Origin: Leptolyngbyaceae cyanobacterium
GTDB taxonomy: Bacteria > Cyanobacteriota > Cyanobacteriia > Phormidesmidales > Phormidesmidaceae
Length of the DNA: 64,000 bases
Reading direction: 5' to 3'
Assembly: GCA_965263355.1 (NCBI GenBank)
Contig: CBDHHL010000032.1
Span: 3,552,001 to 3,616,000, forward strand
The notes below the pieces were generated by a model. It did not search any database, had not been told where the DNA came from, and saw only the letters and a list, made by a program, of their open reading frames with translations. The position numbers and the translations under genes are program-made. Shown here piece by piece: positions 20,460-31,270 of the stretch (position 1 is the first letter of the stretch; each line of letters starts with the position of its first letter).

Positions 20460-22241
20460 TTAGCGACGACGGAACCAAGTAACGCCTGCCCCCACTAGGC
20501 CAACCAGGGGAAATATGAGTAGTGCTAAAACAATGACTAAAATCTGTTGAGATACGGTCATGGTAATGCGACGATTGGTAATTTCCTTAGGGCGAATCGA
20601 TAGAATCGCATCATCTAGATTGCTAAGCCAGGTGACACTGTTGAGAAACACATCCCCATTGAGCTGTTGATCAAAGAGTCCATCGATGGCAAATGTGGCG
20701 TTACCAATTACAATCAGCCGTGATTCTTTATCTGTGGATGAATCATCGTTGTCTGATGATTCGTCTGTAGATTGTTGTTTAGGTAGATCTTCATTCTCTT
20801 GTTCTTCGGTTAAGGTGTTATCTGTTTCGGCAGAGCTGGAGTCTGCTGCTTCTGAAATGTCCTCTGAATTCGGGGTTTCCTCATTCTCTTCACTTGGATC
20901 TGCCTCAGATAAATCGTCTTGTTGATCATCTGCTTCAGAAATCTCTTCAGTCTCTTCTGTTGCAACCTCAAGTGACTCATCAATGTCTCTGGTGAGAACG
21001 ACACCAATATTAAAGGGGCCTTCTGGCGCTTCTTGGGTGTCAACATTGAGTTCTCCTGTTTCGGAGAGAACCTCAGCATAACTTTGTGGATTGCTGAGAA
21101 GTAGGGGAGTGGCTTCTATGCCGTCTACTGGTTCTATGAGAATCGGACGGGCCAATGGGTAAAACGAACGGCCATTATTGAATTCTGCAGCAATGGGGTG
21201 GCTGCCATAGGTGGTGACTAGTGGGGCTGATGGTCCTAGCCCGACAATTTGGCCGGTATTAGAGGTGTCGACAATTAAGCGGTTATCTAAGGAGACTCCC
21301 CAATCGTCTAATAAGGACTCTAACTCTGGTTCGGTTTGTGGATCAACCATGAGTAAAATACTGCCTCCCTGATTGAGATAGGTTTTAAGAGCGCCTACCT
21401 CAGGCTCAAAGAAGGCTTGTTTGGGGCTGGCAATGATGACGGCATTGGCATCGTTAGGGATTGCCGCTATTTGAGCTAAATTGAGGGTTTCAACAGTAAA
21501 ACCATCGGCTTCTAAGGCTGCGGCTGCCTGGGTATAACTGGGGGAGGTGCTGCCATCAATGACAAATTCGTCATGGCCTTGAAGAAAGTAAACCATAGCT
21601 TTGCGATCGCGACCCACCTGAGCCAGCTTATTGGTTAGATCCTGTTCATTTAAGCCTTGTACCCCTAAGGGTTGAACAAATAACTTCTTTTCACCGATAG
21701 CCAGATGGACCTCACGGCCCTCACCACTGACATTAAACTCACGGGCGGTCGCTGGATCTTGAAATGGATTAACGTGCTCGTAGGTGAGGTTGTCGTTAAA
21801 TTTTTGATAGCTTTCTAACAGCTGCTTATCGTTAGGATTTAACGTCGAGTCAAAAACCACCACCTTAACTGGCTGCTTGAGCTTTTTGACCACTGATGTC
21901 GATTCGGGTGACAGGGTAAATAACCCCCCCTCAGTTAGATCGATGCGGGGGGCATATTGCAGTGCCAAAAAATTAACTACTGCTAGAATGAGCAGCATTG
22001 ATATCGTGGCCAATACAGCATTAGTTCCAGCCTGGGTTGAGCGACTCTGCCAAAAGCTGCGATAACTAAAGCCCCCCAGTAGTAGGCTGACTAGTATCAG
22101 TCCTAACCCGATCGCCAACAGCGTGATGGGAAGGATACTCCAGGCATTCAAAAAGCCAACGACCAGGCTAGCTGTGGTTAAGGCCAATCCAGGCCATATT
22201 AACCAACGGAGATAGTTGCGGAAGGTAGATAGCGCTTTCAT
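20460..22241 (-). CDS. GldG-family ABC transporter auxiliary component
   Basis: RIDLTEGGLFTLS, YFLQGHDE, NGDVFLNSVTWL; has a long acidic insert. Confidence 0.9.
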   Translation of the reverse strand: MKALSTFRNYLRWLIWPGLALTTASLVVGFLNAWSILPITLLAIGLGLILVSLLLGGFSYRSFWQSRSTQAGTNAVLATISMLLILAVVNFLALQYAPRIDLTEGGLFTLSPESTSVVKKLKQPVKVVVFDSTLNPNDKQLLESYQKFNDNLTYEHVNPFQDPATAREFNVSGEGREVHLAIGEKKLFVQPLGVQGLNEQDLTNKLAQVGRDRKAMVYFLQGHDEFVIDGSTSPSYTQAAAALEADGFTVETLNLAQIAAIPNDANAVIIASPKQAFFEPEVGALKTYLNQGGSILLMVDPQTEPELESLLDDWGVSLDNRLIVDTSNTGQIVGLGPSAPLVTTYGSHPIAAEFNNGRSFYPLARPILIEPVDGIEATPLLLSNPQSYAEVLSETGELNVDTQEAPEGPFNIGVVLTRDIDESLEVATEETEEISEADDQQDDLSEADPSEENEETPNSEDISEAADSSSAETDNTLTEEQENEDLPKQQSTDESSDNDDSSTDKESRLIVIGNATFAIDGLFDQQLNGDVFLNSVTWLSNLDDAILSIRPKEITNRRITMTVSQQILVIVLALLIFPLVGLVGAGVTWFRRR

Positions 22242-22255
22242 AGGGTAGGGGCAGA

Positions 22256-23065
22256 TTAGTTTCTCTGAAACCTGAATGCTTCAATTGATTGGGCCGTTAG
22301 AAATAACCCTAGAACGGCGTAGGAGATAAATAGAATTAAGCCGCCAATGTCAAACACGCCTTGGGTAAAGTCGTTGTAGTGCTTGAGTAGTGAGAGATGA
22401 CCAATGGCGTTACCAATAGGACCAGGCACACCGCTGGCAACACCCTCAATGACGAATAGGACTAATACTAAGGCAAAGGTCAAAATCGCTGCCAGGACAG
22501 TACTTTCGGTCAATGAGGAGATAAACATGCCAAGGGAAAGGACACCCGCTGCCATGAGAATTAAGCCACCGTGGCCCAAGAATAATAGTTGGAGAGCAAA
22601 GGGTGGGTCGGAGGAGCCGACAATTAAAGCCTCAAGGATGAGCAGCGGCAGCACCATGGTGCAAAAGAAGGTGACCACCCCTAGTAGTTTGCCTAGAGCC
22701 ACGGCCCAGTTAGTAATCGGTGAAGTTGCCAGTAGTTCTAAGGTGCCTTGTTTCCGCTCCTCGGTGTACAACCCCATGGATAGGGCCGGTAAGATAAACA
22801 TGGATAGAGAGCCTAAGAGTCCTAGATAAATCTGAGTGAATTCGTAGGGAATATCAACGGGGGCCGTTTGCAAGCCTGCCTGATCGGCAAAGGCTGACTG
22901 GGCTAGAATCCCTTGAGGACTGAAGACTAGAATAACTAAGAGAAAGCCGGCTAAAAGCCAGAAAATGGTGGCAATGCCATAGGCTAACGGGGAGGCAAAG
23001 TAGCTTTGCAATTCTCGACGGTAGATGGCAAGAACGTTGCTAATAACGGTAATGATGTTATTCAT
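22256..23065 (-). CDS. ABC-2 permease (GldF-like)
   Basis: Likely start MNNIITV at 23065, overlapping the upstream stop; RELQSYFASP and EERKQGTLELL. Confidence 0.9.
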   Translation of the reverse strand: MNNIITVISNVLAIYRRELQSYFASPLAYGIATIFWLLAGFLLVILVFSPQGILAQSAFADQAGLQTAPVDIPYEFTQIYLGLLGSLSMFILPALSMGLYTEERKQGTLELLATSPITNWAVALGKLLGVVTFFCTMVLPLLILEALIVGSSDPPFALQLLFLGHGGLILMAAGVLSLGMFISSLTESTVLAAILTFALVLVLFVIEGVASGVPGPIGNAIGHLSLLKHYNDFTQGVFDIGGLILFISYAVLGLFLTAQSIEAFRFQRN

Positions 23066-24176
23066 CGCTATCCGATGGGCTATCTGTTGGTAGATTGTCG
23101 GTTGAACTTGTCTCTGTTGTAGAGGAGGATGACTCGTCGGTAGTGGCGTCAGTGGCGTCTGCTTTGTCTGAGGTGTCCTTGGCGTCAGCAGCAAGCTCAG
23201 TATCAACAGCAGGCTGGGTTGTTGTGTCTATGGCTGGTTCTTTAGTGGTTAGATTGATAAACACGTCCTCGAGACTGACGCGATTGCGGGAAAGTTCATA
23301 CAGACCCATATTGGCGTTGACGATGGCCGCTGCGATCGCACTACCCGGATCCTGCTCAGTGGCAGCCATTACCTGAAACCGATGGTGGTTTTCGGCCAGA
23401 CCTTCATTCGGTAGTGTCTTTACCGATTCCACCTGTTCTAGCTCATTGAGCATCGTTTGAGTTTGCTCGAGGTCGCCGGCCACCTCAATGGCATAGCCCA
23501 GTTGTCCAGCAAGGCGAGCGGTCAAATTTTCTGGAGTATCGGTGGCGACGATGCGGCCTTTATTAATAATGGTGATGCGATCGCAGGTCATGCTGACCTC
23601 AGGCAAAATATGCGTCGACAGAATGATCGTGTGTTGACCTGCCAGACTTTTAATCAGGTTGCGCACATCAATAATTTGCTTTGGGTCAAGGCCGACTGTG
23701 GGCTCGTCCAAGATAATCACTGGTGGGTCATGGACAATAGCTTGGGCAATGCCTACCCGCTGTCGAAATCCTTTCGAGAGTTTACGAATCAAGACATCTT
23801 TCTTTTCACTTAAATTGCAGCGTTCCATGGCCGAGGCGACTTGCCGATCACGCTCACCAATCGGTAGGCCTTTGATGCGGGCGACAAAATATAAAAACGC
23901 TGCCACCGTCATGTCTGGATATAACGGTGGGGTTTCAGGTAAGTAGCCAATATTTTGCCGTACCGCCATTGAATTGCTATGCACTTCATGATTGGCAATG
24001 CGAGCCGTTCCGCTGGTGGCGGGTAAATACCCGGCTAATATCCGCATGGTGGTGGTTTTGCCAGCTCCATTGGGACCCAAAAACCCTAAAATTTCTCCAG
24101 GCTCTACTTTGAAGGACACATCGCTAATCGCAACGGTCGAGCCGTAAGCTTTGCTAAGCTGCTCTACCTCAATCAT
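23058..24176 (-). CDS. ABC transporter ATP-binding protein (GldA-like)
   Basis: GPNGAGKTT, LSKGFRQR, ILDEPT; acidic Ser/Thr-rich tail. Confidence 0.95.
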   Translation of the reverse strand: MIEVEQLSKAYGSTVAISDVSFKVEPGEILGFLGPNGAGKTTTMRILAGYLPATSGTARIANHEVHSNSMAVRQNIGYLPETPPLYPDMTVAAFLYFVARIKGLPIGERDRQVASAMERCNLSEKKDVLIRKLSKGFRQRVGIAQAIVHDPPVIILDEPTVGLDPKQIIDVRNLIKSLAGQHTIILSTHILPEVSMTCDRITIINKGRIVATDTPENLTARLAGQLGYAIEVAGDLEQTQTMLNELEQVESVKTLPNEGLAENHHRFQVMAATEQDPGSAIAAAIVNANMGLYELSRNRVSLEDVFINLTTKEPAIDTTTQPAVDTELAADAKDTSDKADATDATTDESSSSTTETSSTDNLPTDSPSDSDE

Positions 24177-24230
24177 GGTTTACCAATAGGTCCGATAGAT
24201 TAGACGCCAAATATCAAACAACGGTGATTA

Positions 24231-24755
24231 ATGCCGCTTGACCATTCTGCCACTGAATTTCATAACGGTTGCTGCGAAATTGTGCAACCCTATATGGAGA
24301 GAATGCATCAGCTCATCATGACTGGCAATAGCAATAATTTAGGCCCTGAGCACTCCCTTACATTTCTCTACTACTTTGGTACTACCACATTGATTACCAT
24401 CGTACTAGCGAGTATGGTGCTGCATCTCAGTCCCATGAGCGGTTTACCTAATCAACTAGGGTTAGTTATGGGACTGATGGGTGGTGCCGTTGGCACATAC
24501 TTTAACCGCTCCATTACCCTGAAGCAGTCGATCAAAGGACATAAGGTATTTCTCAACCAAATTAGCCAGCCCCTAGCAGAGTTGGGATATGCCCAGATTG
24601 AGGATGATCGTCTGCCTGCTGATGTTGTGGTTTTTTCCCGCAGCAATTTGCGGGGCTTGTTGTCTGGCAGAGTTTATATTCGTCTGGATGTTAAGACAGC
24701 CTATATTACCAGTCGGGCTGTCCATATTCGAGAATTAAAACGATTGCTGGAATAA
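24231..24755 (+). CDS. Hypothetical two-TM membrane protein
   Basis: TFLYYF...QLGLVMGLMGGAVGTYFNRS; real start probably the ATG at 24318. Confidence 0.7.
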   Translation: MPLDHSATEFHNGCCEIVQPYMERMHQLIMTGNSNNLGPEHSLTFLYYFGTTTLITIVLASMVLHLSPMSGLPNQLGLVMGLMGGAVGTYFNRSITLKQSIKGHKVFLNQISQPLAELGYAQIEDDRLPADVVVFSRSNLRGLLSGRVYIRLDVKTAYITSRAVHIRELKRLLE

Positions 24756-24847
24756 TTACCGTAGCTATCTGATGGCTATAACTACTTGTTTGGGGTTCAG
24801 ACTGGATGTAGGGGCATTAATCCAATCTAAGTCCGCAGTCTAAATAT

Positions 24848-25117
24848 ATGGCTAAACCCAAGAAGCAAAAATTTCCTCATCTGCTAGGGTCCAAATGGAC
24901 AGCCCAGCAGTGCACCATGGGGTGGCGACATTTTCAAGTTACAAATCGTAAAAATGAAGGTAAACTTGTGTTTGCAGAATTAGTTGCATCCTGTGATCCA
25001 ACGGTTCGATTTTGGGTTAATGCAAATGTTCTAAAGAATCCGCAGTTGTGGCAAGCAGGCTGGCAAACGCTTGATCAAATAACTGATGCTCAAATTACAA
25101 TTGATGGCATATCTTAA
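24848..25117 (+). CDS. TIGR02450-family Trp-rich protein
   Basis: LLGSKWTA...GWRHFQV...W.AGW. Confidence 0.85.
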   Translation: MAKPKKQKFPHLLGSKWTAQQCTMGWRHFQVTNRKNEGKLVFAELVASCDPTVRFWVNANVLKNPQLWQAGWQTLDQITDAQITIDGIS

Positions 25118-25308
25118 CCATCACTCCTTGCAATTGGCGCTAATATATTTTTGAGTAATAATCTTTACAGAAAGTGCATCAGGTTTGTTTATCCTTCTTG
25201 AAGACAAATATAGGTGGCACTTGCTAAAGGTTCTGTTTAAGCTAGTAGTGGAATGTGTTTCTTGAGTTGTTTCACAAACCGCTAGGAAGTTTTGCTGAAG
25301 TGCAATTA

Positions 25309-25656
25309 ATGTACAGCTCTAATGCTCCCGAACCCGAGTTAATAAAGGCGATTTTACAGCCTCTGTTGAATGATTTTCAGCACTGGTTTGGTCGTTCTAT
25401 TGCTTTGTTGGAGTCTGAAACCATCGATTTTCTGGGTGAGCATGGACAGCAGGATTTACTCAATCGGGTGCGTCAAGCTCAACAGCTGGTGAGTGCATCC
25501 CAGTCGTTATCTCAGGCTACTGGCAATCAAGCAGGCGTGGATATGGCTGTTGTGATGTCCTGGCATCAGTTAGTTCATGAATGTTGGAACGTGGGTATCC
25601 GCTTTCGACAGCAGCAAGCCCAAGCAGCCCCAAACAAACTCAAAGAGGATAATTAG
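25309..25656 (+). CDS. DUF2605 family protein
   Basis: ELIKAILQPLLNDFQHWFGRS...WHQLVHECW; paired with DUF2973. Confidence 0.8.
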   Translation: MYSSNAPEPELIKAILQPLLNDFQHWFGRSIALLESETIDFLGEHGQQDLLNRVRQAQQLVSASQSLSQATGNQAGVDMAVVMSWHQLVHECWNVGIRFRQQQAQAAPNKLKEDN

Positions 25657-25673
25657 CGCAACCGCTTCTCCCT

Positions 25674-25979
25674 ATGCTGCATTTACTCTATATCTTCGCT
25701 TTCACCATTCTGGCCGTATTGGCAATTGTCAATTTGGTACGCAATCTTATTAGCTTGGGTTTTGAATCCCGGCGTGGTAACGCTAGGCCAGTTAATTCCA
25801 TTGCAAATCAGGCTAGCCGAGTGCCACATCCTGAACTATTGGATAGTAACGGTAACGTTCTAGACGAGCCATTGCTGGTTATGCGTTCTATTTCTATAAA
25901 GGACGCTCGTGAGCAGTTAGACGCAATCTATGATTCATCTGGAGGTAGTAACTCTGCAGATGATAAGAAGGACGATTAG
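25674..25979 (+). CDS. DUF2973 family protein
   Basis: MLHLLYI...HPELLDSNGNVLDEPLLVMRS. Confidence 0.85.
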   Translation: MLHLLYIFAFTILAVLAIVNLVRNLISLGFESRRGNARPVNSIANQASRVPHPELLDSNGNVLDEPLLVMRSISIKDAREQLDAIYDSSGGSNSADDKKDD

Positions 25980-26225
25980 TGTCATTATTTTGGACTAACC
26001 TAGCTGCTTTAAGCTACGTCCAGGTTGGACTCTTTAAACTCTTTGCCCAAAAACCCTAAGTCCTGGATTTGGACAAGATTTGACTAGGTTTTTGTGATTA
26101 AAGTGTAGTTCAGTGAAGTTTTGCTACGCTCTAGGTCTTTTAGGATGTTTGTTAGCACCCGCCCTAGTGCCTTTAAGATTTGCTGAGCTGTTAGACCCAC
26201 CGTTGAGGGTTTGGACTCGGCGTAT

Positions 26226-27980
26226 CTACTCTAGTAAATTTTTTGTAGCCATGTCGTTAAACAGGTTTGTAGCGTCTGTCTGAATAGCGTCGTATTCTTC
26301 TAGAACGGGGGCTACCTCTGCTGTTTCACGGTCGACGTAGTCGTAGAACTGCACAAATATACGTTCGACTTCTTCATAAATTAGGCTGAGTTTTTGGTTT
26401 AGACGGTCGGTGACATCGCTCTTAAACCGGTCCTTTTCGTTATCTAGGGCGCGCTCAAATTTGGTGATAATCTGCTTGCGCTGCCAGGCAATGCCAATGG
26501 CCAGGACAATAACACCGATGCCAGCAAAGGCAATGCCAATAGCATTCATGATCGCCTCGGCCACAGCAAACTCAACGATGTTAAGAATCGTGCCTGCTAC
26601 GGCAACAAAAGCCCCACCTACGATTTCGGCTGCCATACTTTCGGCCTCAGACCCTAAGGCGCGGGTCAATCCTTCATCAGTTAGCAACGTGCTAACTTTT
26701 GCCTTGACGCTTTCAATGACTTCTTGCCGACGTTCCAAAATTTTGATGGAAATGGCATTGCTTTGCAGATTATGGGTTTGGATGGCCTTGAGGTCATGGG
26801 TTAACCCTTCTAGTAGCTGTCGAATGCCATCCACAAAATGCTGGGCACCTTCGTTGGATAGTTCTTCCAAAGAAGTTTTGAGTTCTGCCTGACAACGGTC
26901 CTTAAACTCGTTGATCCAGGCTTGCAATGATGCCTCTCTATTAAAAATGCCGACGAAGGAGCGACGCATGACCGTCACGATGGAAAGGCTGTCGCGAAAT
27001 TCTAGTTTGATCCGACTGGAAATGGTTTCGTAGCGATCAGATAGACGGCTGACCAGGGTATTGATTTCGGTTTGCGATCGCACCCTCCCTCCGGCAATTT
27101 GTTGTCGAATCCGATCTGCTGTGGCCTGATCGTCCTGAAGTTGTATTTGCAAGGTACGGATATCATCGGTCAGCGCCTCGATCAGCTTCTGAGTAGTGGT
27201 ACTGACCGAACGCAGTTTAATTTTGTAGCTTTCCCCAGTTGAAACCATATCGCGAATGTATTGCCGTACTGGGGTAAAGCCACTGGTGGCAAAACTGCCC
27301 TCAAATTCCAGTTCCGCTGAGGTGGCGAATACCATTGGTGTGGGAATCTGTTTTTGAATAGCGTAATCCCTGACCTGTTGAAGGTTAGTCTGCAAATTTT
27401 CAGGTCGTAATAGATCTGCCTGTTGCAAAATGAAAACCACCTTTTTGCGCCACTTGACACTGACATAGTCCAAAAAATCCCAGGCGCTTTTTTGATAGGG
27501 ATTTTTCGCAAACAGAACAAAGAAAGTAAGATCGCTGTTAGGGATATATCGTTCTGTAATTATCTGATGTCCAGCGACCAAAGAATTGGTGCCTGGGGTG
27601 TCCACAATGGAAACATCCCTCAAAATTTCAATGGGACGACCAATCTTACGCAAGTGTGGTTCCACCTGCTGTAATGTTTCCTCATCGGCATAAACAATCT
27701 GTTGGATGGAATCGGTACAAGGGGCAATGTCAGTGGCACATACGTCAGCGTTGAGCAGCGCATTGACAAAGCTACTTTTACCTGATTTAACTTCACCAAC
27801 GACGACGAACAAAAAAGGTTCGTCAATGTTGCGGTGTAAACTCTCTGTTGTTTGGGCTAAATCGGGATTGTTAATGCTACTCGCCAATGCCTGCATCCGT
27901 TGGAGCAACTGCCCTAGAGCTGAGCGATAGGTTTGTAGCTGTGGATCGATAAGGCTTGCTGTGCTTGTTGCTTGATCCAT
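26226..27980 (-). CDS. Bacterial dynamin-like GTPase
   Basis: G1 GEVKSGKSS, G3 DTPG, helical stalk, and a hydrophobic hairpin near the C-terminus. Confidence 0.85.
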   Translation of the reverse strand: MDQATSTASLIDPQLQTYRSALGQLLQRMQALASSINNPDLAQTTESLHRNIDEPFLFVVVGEVKSGKSSFVNALLNADVCATDIAPCTDSIQQIVYADEETLQQVEPHLRKIGRPIEILRDVSIVDTPGTNSLVAGHQIITERYIPNSDLTFFVLFAKNPYQKSAWDFLDYVSVKWRKKVVFILQQADLLRPENLQTNLQQVRDYAIQKQIPTPMVFATSAELEFEGSFATSGFTPVRQYIRDMVSTGESYKIKLRSVSTTTQKLIEALTDDIRTLQIQLQDDQATADRIRQQIAGGRVRSQTEINTLVSRLSDRYETISSRIKLEFRDSLSIVTVMRRSFVGIFNREASLQAWINEFKDRCQAELKTSLEELSNEGAQHFVDGIRQLLEGLTHDLKAIQTHNLQSNAISIKILERRQEVIESVKAKVSTLLTDEGLTRALGSEAESMAAEIVGGAFVAVAGTILNIVEFAVAEAIMNAIGIAFAGIGVIVLAIGIAWQRKQIITKFERALDNEKDRFKSDVTDRLNQKLSLIYEEVERIFVQFYDYVDRETAEVAPVLEEYDAIQTDATNLFNDMATKNLLE

Positions 27981-28242
27981 ATCCCACTTTCATGTGCAGC
28001 TATTTCAGTTTACAGAGATTGGTTCAGGGCGAAGGAATTGGGGGAGTAACTTCAGAAGTTTGGCTTAAATGGACCGCGTCTGCATCTAGCAGGCGCAGTG
28101 GGCAACAAGCATGGAAGCTAGCTTACTATTACTGCCCAGCGTAATGAACTGACTCCTAATCTGAGAATTTGCTTGTCATCAGCTCAGCTGAATTTCAGCC
28201 AAAACCTATTTAATTGGGGCTGACATTGTCCTGTAGCATCCC

Positions 28243-30288
28243 ATGAATTTAGAGAATACGTTAGTTATTATTCCAGCGCTGAATGAAGCAGCCACGATTG
28301 GCAATGTCGTGAAAACGTTGCAGCATGAAGGCTTAACCCATATTCGGGTAGTGGATAACGGCAGTCAGGATGGAACGGCGGCTGTGGCCGCAGAGGCGGG
28401 GGCTGACGTGATTCAGGAGGCGATTAAAGGGTATGGACAAGCCTGTTGGCGAGGGTTGCAGTCGGTTCCTGCTGGCATTGAATGGATTTTGTTTTGTGAT
28501 GCGGATGGCAGTGATGATTTGAGCCAACTGCCGCAGTTTTTTGCGCAACGGCAGGACCACGATCTGATTTTAGGGAATCGTCGGGGTACGGCAACGGGAC
28601 GGCAGCAGCTGAGCCCGGTTCAAAACTTTGGCAATTGGTTGTCAGGGACACTGATTGACTGGGGCTGGGGCCATCGTTTTCACGATTTGGGACCGCTGCG
28701 TTTGGTGCGAAAGTCCGCGCTGGATCAGATTGGGATGTGCGATCGCAACTTTGGTTGGACGGTGGAAATGCAAGTCCGAGCGATTGAGTGTGGGTTAAGC
28801 ATTTGCGAGTTGCCAGTGAACTACTTGCCCCGTCAGGGCGGTCAGTCCAAAATTTCGGGCACTGTTGCCGGTAGTGTCCAGGCTGGAAGCATTATTTTAT
28901 CTACCCTAGCCGTTTTGTATTGGCAAAATCTATGGCGAGGTCGTGTAGTAGATTCCAGCACTGAGAAAAACCAGTCGATTCTGCTTTTTCTCAGCGCTTT
29001 TTTGCTGTTAGTCGGTACAGTCTACATCCTGCCCTACGGCAACTTTAAAGAACAGTTTGCCGTTATCCACTTTTGGCTTGGCAGTGCCATCATGGTCGTC
29101 GGATTTATTCTGGCTTGGGCATTGTGCCGTGTTCCTGGTGTTTGGTTTTGGGGAGTGGCCATTGCCACTCGTCTGCTGCTACTTACCATGTATCCTGGCG
29201 ATGATATCTGGCGCTATATCTGGGAAGGGTATATTCAACTCCAGGGTTTTAGCCCCTATGATTTTGCCCCCCTGGCCGATGTGCTTAAACCACTGCGTCC
29301 GGAATGGTGGGGTGAAATTAACCATCCCTACGCCTCAGCTATTTATCCCCCGGTTACCCAGTTTGGATTTCGCGCCCTAGCAAGTATCGGCCTATGGGTG
29401 CCCTTATTCAAAGCCGCATTTACCGCTGCTGATTTAGCCATATGTTGGCTGCTCAGCCGTCGATTTGGACATCGAGCTACGCTGCTCTATGCTTGGAATC
29501 CAATGGTGCTCTACAGCTTTGCCGGTGGTGGTCATTATGACAGTTGGTTTGTGCTGCCCCTAGTAATGGCCTGGTTGTGGTTTGATCGTCCCAGTACCAA
29601 AGCTACCTCCGATGCTCTCCCCTCCTTAACCTACCTGGGTAGCGCCCTGTTGGTAGGCATTAGCATTGCCGTTAAGTGGATTTCGTTACCAGTCCTGACG
29701 TTTCTGGTATGGCATGCACTGCGACGAGGCCGTATCAGCATTGCTGTATTGAGCGGTATCACTGGTGTATTACCGATGGTGCTGTCAGCAGTTCCATTTT
29801 GTAGCGTTACATCGTGCCCTCTGGTCCAGGTTAACTCGTCCTTTGTTGTTACCGGACGCTCTGCAGAACTAATTCCCTACATTGTTGGACAACTTTGGGA
29901 TCCATCCCGCTCAGCCAACTGGCTCTATGCCTTTCCATTGGCGCTAGTAGTTGTGTGGCTGCTGCTGCGGGCACACAATTTTCACAAATTCACCGAGTGG
30001 TATCTGATCGGTCTGATGGTGATTTCACCCATCATCCACTTCTGGTACCTCAGTTGGCTGATGCCTTTTCTAGTTGTGAGCCGTAACCTGGGCAGTCGAC
30101 TGATTGGCTTGTCAGCCTATGTGTACTTTATGCTACTTCACATGGCCGCTGCAGGGAACTACAGCTGGTTTTTGCCAGAAATTCTGCGCCACGTATTATG
30201 GTGGCCCTTTGTCTTGGGGATAGCGTGGAGTAGTGCCAAGGTAATGTGGCCAAAGCTAACAATGACACCAAAATTGAATAGAACTTAA
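28243..30288 (+). CDS. Fusion of a GT2 (DPM-synthase-like) domain and a multi-TM GT-C (GT87/DUF2029-like) domain
   Basis: N-terminal IIPALNE/VDNGSQD/FCDADGSD; C-terminal DDIWRYIWEG, IYPP, YAWNP and GHYD within many TM helices. Confidence 0.85.
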   Translation: MNLENTLVIIPALNEAATIGNVVKTLQHEGLTHIRVVDNGSQDGTAAVAAEAGADVIQEAIKGYGQACWRGLQSVPAGIEWILFCDADGSDDLSQLPQFFAQRQDHDLILGNRRGTATGRQQLSPVQNFGNWLSGTLIDWGWGHRFHDLGPLRLVRKSALDQIGMCDRNFGWTVEMQVRAIECGLSICELPVNYLPRQGGQSKISGTVAGSVQAGSIILSTLAVLYWQNLWRGRVVDSSTEKNQSILLFLSAFLLLVGTVYILPYGNFKEQFAVIHFWLGSAIMVVGFILAWALCRVPGVWFWGVAIATRLLLLTMYPGDDIWRYIWEGYIQLQGFSPYDFAPLADVLKPLRPEWWGEINHPYASAIYPPVTQFGFRALASIGLWVPLFKAAFTAADLAICWLLSRRFGHRATLLYAWNPMVLYSFAGGGHYDSWFVLPLVMAWLWFDRPSTKATSDALPSLTYLGSALLVGISIAVKWISLPVLTFLVWHALRRGRISIAVLSGITGVLPMVLSAVPFCSVTSCPLVQVNSSFVVTGRSAELIPYIVGQLWDPSRSANWLYAFPLALVVVWLLLRAHNFHKFTEWYLIGLMVISPIIHFWYLSWLMPFLVVSRNLGSRLIGLSAYVYFMLLHMAAAGNYSWFLPEILRHVLWWPFVLGIAWSSAKVMWPKLTMTPKLNRT

Positions 30289-30378
30289 GGTGCTTCTCAG
30301 GGTTTGTTCAGTTGGCAATGAGAGATTGCAGATGGCAACTGAATTTTAATTGCACTGACTCCTCATTCAAGAATAGTT

Positions 30379-31224
30379 ATGAAACGTAAGTATTTATCTG
30401 CCTTCTTTTTAGCTTGCTCTATTGGTTTAGTGGGTTGTTCCACTAGTACGGTGACGACAGCATCTGCTCCATCCTCAGAACAGGTAGCAATCATATCTGC
30501 CGAAGGTATCGATTACACAATTTACGATGAGCTTTTAAGCACCTACGTCGATGACGAGGGTTGGGTTAACTATGCTGATTTGCAGCAGTCTCGGCAGGCA
30601 TTAGATACTTTCAACAATGCGTTGGCAAGTGTTGATGATGCGACGTTAACTAGCTGGAGTGAAGAGGAACAAATTGCGTTTTGGATGAATGCTTATAACT
30701 CTCTAACTCTGAAGTCAATTATTGATCAAACACCTCTCAAATCAAGTATCAAAGACATTACAGGGGTGTGGCGTTTGCGTAAGCACCCAATTAACCAGAA
30801 AGAAAAGACTCTGAACGAAATTGAGCATGATGTTCTGCGTGTAGACTTTGATGAGCCGCGCCTGCATGCAGCGATCGTTTGCGCCGCCATTAGCTGTCCT
30901 CCATTGCGGAATAAGGCATTCACTGGCGAAAATCTAGATGAGCAGCTGGATGATCAGGTAAAGCAATGGCTGGCCAGACCCGATGGCTTGAAAATTGATA
31001 AAGAGTCTGGCGAGGTAAAGGTATCCAAAATTTTTGACTGGTTTACTGGCGACTGGGTGCCTAGCTATGGTGTGGACAGTGGCTTTACGGGTAGCAAAGA
31101 AGAGCGAGCTGTCCTGAACTTTATCAGTAAGTACGTTAGTGACGAGGATCGGGCTTATCTAGAAGCTGGCGACTATAAGCTGAGTTATTTCGATTACGAC
31201 TGGTCTCTAAATAAACAGCAGTAG
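30379..31224 (+). CDS. DUF547 lipoprotein
   Basis: Lipobox LVGC; AFWMNAYN, EIEH, PRLHAAIVCAAISCP, YDWSLN. Confidence 0.9.
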   Translation: MKRKYLSAFFLACSIGLVGCSTSTVTTASAPSSEQVAIISAEGIDYTIYDELLSTYVDDEGWVNYADLQQSRQALDTFNNALASVDDATLTSWSEEEQIAFWMNAYNSLTLKSIIDQTPLKSSIKDITGVWRLRKHPINQKEKTLNEIEHDVLRVDFDEPRLHAAIVCAAISCPPLRNKAFTGENLDEQLDDQVKQWLARPDGLKIDKESGEVKVSKIFDWFTGDWVPSYGVDSGFTGSKEERAVLNFISKYVSDEDRAYLEAGDYKLSYFDYDWSLNKQQ

Positions 31225-31270
31225 TAAAAAACAGCAATAATAAAGTAAATATAAAAACGAGGGTTACATC

